This document shows positions 60,819 through 64,000 of a stretch of DNA of 64,000 nt, one piece after another (position 1 is the first letter of the stretch; each line of letters begins with the position of its first letter). The DNA is from Nemertoderma westbladi (Eukaryota; Animalia; Xenacoelomorpha). The notes beneath the pieces were generated by a model. The model did not search any database, was not told the DNA's origin, and saw nothing but the letters and a program-made list of their open reading frames with translations. The stretch lies in contig JAUCBJ010001693.1 of assembly GCA_032718475.1 (NCBI GenBank), forward strand, positions 1 to 64,000, in the 5' to 3' direction. A program made the translations under genes and the position numbers.

Positions 60819-62277
60819 ATGGCAGATATGACGGAGTTGATAGAAGATGATCTTGGTATCAGGGAGCGATATACTCTACCTTTACAAGCATTTGTGGATA
60901 GCTTGATACGCGATGAAGCCGATCCAACCATTACGGAGGACGGTGGTCGTTGTATCGAACCGCCGATGTCCCAAGAGCAACTTACGCGTGAATTGGACTG
61001 TCGGGAGTTCGCCGCTCGCTATACGCATCGTGATGGTACGTATATGGACTTCCTAACTACCGGCCATCCTATCGATTTACCTGATACGGACGATGTAGAC
61101 ACCGAAAGGGAAATGGTTCTATTTAAATATCATACCCAGCGGAGTCGTAACGATAAACCGAAAATAGATCACGAAAATTCTATTCGTAACAGACTGGGAA
61201 GACGAACCAATATGCCTAGAATCTGAGGAGATTCAGCCTATCGCGCCCGGAACAGCGACAACGATTACATCCTAGAATGGTATCAAGGTCCACAGTGTCT
61301 CACTGCGTACGATTATCGCCATGCCAACTATGTTTCTCGGCAACGTTGTCGGTTATGCGCATCGAGAGACCATGTTACGCCCATGGACACAAACGTCCGT
61401 TGTTCCTATTTCCACGAACAACCGGCGATGGAAATTTATTGCGCGTATTGCAGGCTCAATAACTTGCACATTTTTGCAGTTTGCCCTCAATTTATGACTC
61501 AATGGCAACATTGTCAACTAAAGGGACGCGCCAGTTTCGATTGCCCTTTTTAATCACGATTTGGAAAGCCTAGATGAAATGATCACACTACGTTACATCA
61601 GAGCTTGGGAAGCGAACGCTGATTTACATTGTGATTCGCGCCATCGCTATTATCCTGGACGCGCTTACGAAGGAGTTTATGCGTTCCATCCTTATCTATT
61701 CGCTTCGGTTGAACAGAAATCACGCATATCAAGTTACGAGCTACTGAAGCGCGTCGGAGAATGTATTTCAACCAAATTCGTACGCAAATTTCTCAGGAGT
61801 GTTAATCCTAGCGACCTTCATTCCTATAACTTAATCAATTATATCCGTCAGGATCCGGACTATGGAGACTTGTTTGTTAACTCACACCCCGAGTTACAGG
61901 AAGTATATCGACGGCCTTACGAATACCGAGCCCGCGAACGCGAGTTGGAAAGAACCATTAAACCCTGGAGGTTTCTAACTGCCTATGGTCCACCCACGGC
62001 CCTCGTTCAGACCACTCGTAAAGGACCCGTAAGAGCGGCTGTCTTGAAACGAGCTCTCAAAGCCGTTAGAACCCTCTCACCTGACGTTGATGTCAATCAA
62101 CCCGGTACTTCGACTGGCAGATACACCGACCATAATCCTACACCCTCTGATGCAATCATATTGCACCCTTCACCCAGGAGTTATAGCCCTCCTTGTAAAG
62201 TGGCTCGCCCCAAAGAGAAAAGGACTCTGGCTAGCTTTAAAAAACTGCGTAAACGCCGTCCGCGCAAGAAAGACTAA
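60819..62277 (+). pseudogene. Accessory ORF of the LTR element (~485 aa ancestral), Zn-finger protein, disrupted
   Basis: The frame of 60819 continues through one TGA (61224-61226) into CRLC..H..C..CAYC..H..AVCP..C.LKG. A 1-nt frameshift at the T run (~61547-61551) then joins ORF 61561-62277. Basic C-terminal tail. Confidence 0.8.
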
Positions 62278-62355
62278 CTGTTTAGAGTATTTACGTATAT
62301 TAGAAACTGTGATTTTGTATATTTTATAGACTCAAATCCCATTTTCTGGGAGCGG

Positions 62356-63626
62356 TGTAAAAGCTTCTGTGGGATATAACTGGCCCCTTTTGCTTCGCAA
62401 TCCAGTTTCCCCCCAGGCGCTGGAATACTCTAAAAGGCTCTCTAACTATATATATATTCCCCTCGCCCGCAAGGTACCGTTATAGGTGTTTTAACGGACA
62501 TAAAAGTCATTCTTCTATATACGTGTTTTGGCGGACATGGTAAGGCAAAAAACCTGCAATGCACCAAATACCTTTACACAGCTTAGCCTTGATGATTCAG
62601 ATTACGACATCTAACAGCTGGTTGCTGACATGGAAACGGCCATTGGACACATGGTTCTTTGTTTAGCTTAAGCCAATCAGAGCGATTTTTTCTGTTGATG
62701 TGGAGCTTTTCGGCCGATCATACTAGGAGTGTTCAGTCTTACTGTTTTTGTGATACTGTTGTGTTGTTGCTATCTAGGCCAGGAACACCGGCTCTAGAGT
62801 CAACTCGTTTTCATACTTTAGAAGAAACATTAGTAGGCTTAAGATTATAGAGCGTATAACTGTTATCAGTTCAGTCCAGTCCCTATCATATATCACATAT
62901 CATAACTTGTCATATCATATCTTGACCTACCGTCTTAATGTTTTACTGTTGTCATATTTTGTATTAGTTGGTTGAATATTATTTGGAGAACATTTATAAA
63001 GAACCCAAATTTCCCAATTTTCTTGATACACTACAGGTTAGAGAGACGGGTTATATATAGCGATTGCGACTTATATTATTGTGGTTTGTAGTGAATTTAA
63101 TGCTATTTGATAAGCACTACATGAATCCGTTGCTGTTCTCTTTATATATGATAAAATTCATTGACGGTCGGCAAATTAGTGAGCAGTATTGTGTGTTACC
63201 GGTAGTGTGCATGATTGTGACTGATAACTAAGCATTTCCTAAAGAATGCGCCTCATACGTGAATCATAAGCCTTACCGACTTACCGTTGTGATTAGTATA
63301 AGTCATATCTCTGTTTACCTAGATAGAGCGCCACGTCCTAAAGGAACTGTTAATATTTCCCGAAAGTGAATAATATTAGTCAGAAATTATTTATTAACGA
63401 TCAATCGAATAATACAGTAAGCTTACACTGCAATAATAATCTAAGCCCTCAGAATCCAGTCTCCCGGGTATATCCAGCGGGTGAATGGACGCGCACTAGG
63501 CTGGCTTCTGCTAATGTTGTGTTTATTGGTATTAAATATTTGTCAACTTCTAAAGTCTATTTGTAAACCAAAAGACATATAAATTTTGGCAGGTTAAACT
63601 GCTAAAGGTCTTCAAAAGCGCGTACA
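62356..63626 (+). repeat. 3' LTR
   Basis: Direct repeat of 51319-52589. Confidence 0.97.
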
Positions 63627-63710
63627 ATTTTCCTGCCTCGCGGTCAACTATTTTATCGATAAAGCGTTACTAAGAATATATTATTTAATGAATTAAGATT
63701 TTAATCTTAA

Positions 63711-64000
63711 CCCTATTAGTACCGGGCTATAAAATGTTGTACAAATACCGGGGAGGGGTCATATTGACCCCCCCCCCCCCCCCCCCCCTCTAAAATCTAC
63801 AAATATTTACGAAAACGTCTGATTTTTTGTTTGTACGTAGGTATCACTTGTCTGGATCCGACCGAAAAAAAAATTTTCGAAAAAATGTACTGCGGTGGTT
63901 ATATTGCAGCACCAAAATTACAAGTAGTGCACAATTTTCACCAAATTTGAAAGTTACATTTTCGGCTAATTATTTTTCAATACAGGTTTTCTGGGGTGCA
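63711..64000. mobile_element. Left end of a TTAA-inserted (piggyBac-like) non-autonomous element
   Basis: Similarity to the copy-1 hairpin stops at TTAA (63707-63710) and is followed by ccctattagtaccggg. Confidence 0.6.

Larger units (their letters stand above)
51319..63626 (+). mobile_element. Young non-autonomous BEL/Pao LTR retrotransposon (12.3 kb)
   Basis: 1271-bp TG...CA LTRs, 5-bp TSD atttt (51314-51318, 63627-63631; empty site at 46296-46300), short purine tract gggagcgg before the 3' LTR, BEL-type gag with three Zn knuckles. Confidence 0.95.

Overview
AT-rich, repeat-dense eukaryotic (invertebrate-like) genomic DNA; the organism cannot be named from the sequence. The backbone is the 5' half of a spliced ABCG (white-family) half-transporter gene on the + strand. 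I reconstructed 11 phase-compatible exons between 16869 and 41826, covering Walker A GPSGAGKT, the LSGGEKKR signature, Walker B/D-loop LLLLD-EPTSGLD and the H-loop IHQP. No transmembrane exons are seen, so 41827-64000 is probably one large intron. Two introns open with tandem arrays built from the exon end plus its own 5' splice site (28 bp x ~17; 56 bp x ~140). The last intron holds two tandem protamine-like genes. The second copy is hit by an intact APE-RT LINE and by a young non-autonomous BEL/Pao LTR element (gag-protease only, no tRNA PBS, an extra Zn-finger ORF). The most interesting signals are three. (i) A ~550-nt block of conserved motifs with covarying helices is shared between that element's LTR end and a very divergent LTR-like sequence at 14.4-14.95 kb, a candidate new structured RNA. 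(ii) An unnamed Cys/His Zn-finger family is present both as LTR cargo and as a free-standing intact ORF at 4067-5134. (iii) The splice-donor arrays. Also present: a Penelope end with a minimal hammerhead ribozyme, RTE/CR1/CRE fragments, many MITEs/foldbacks with TSDs, and abundant transposon-excision-type footprints.
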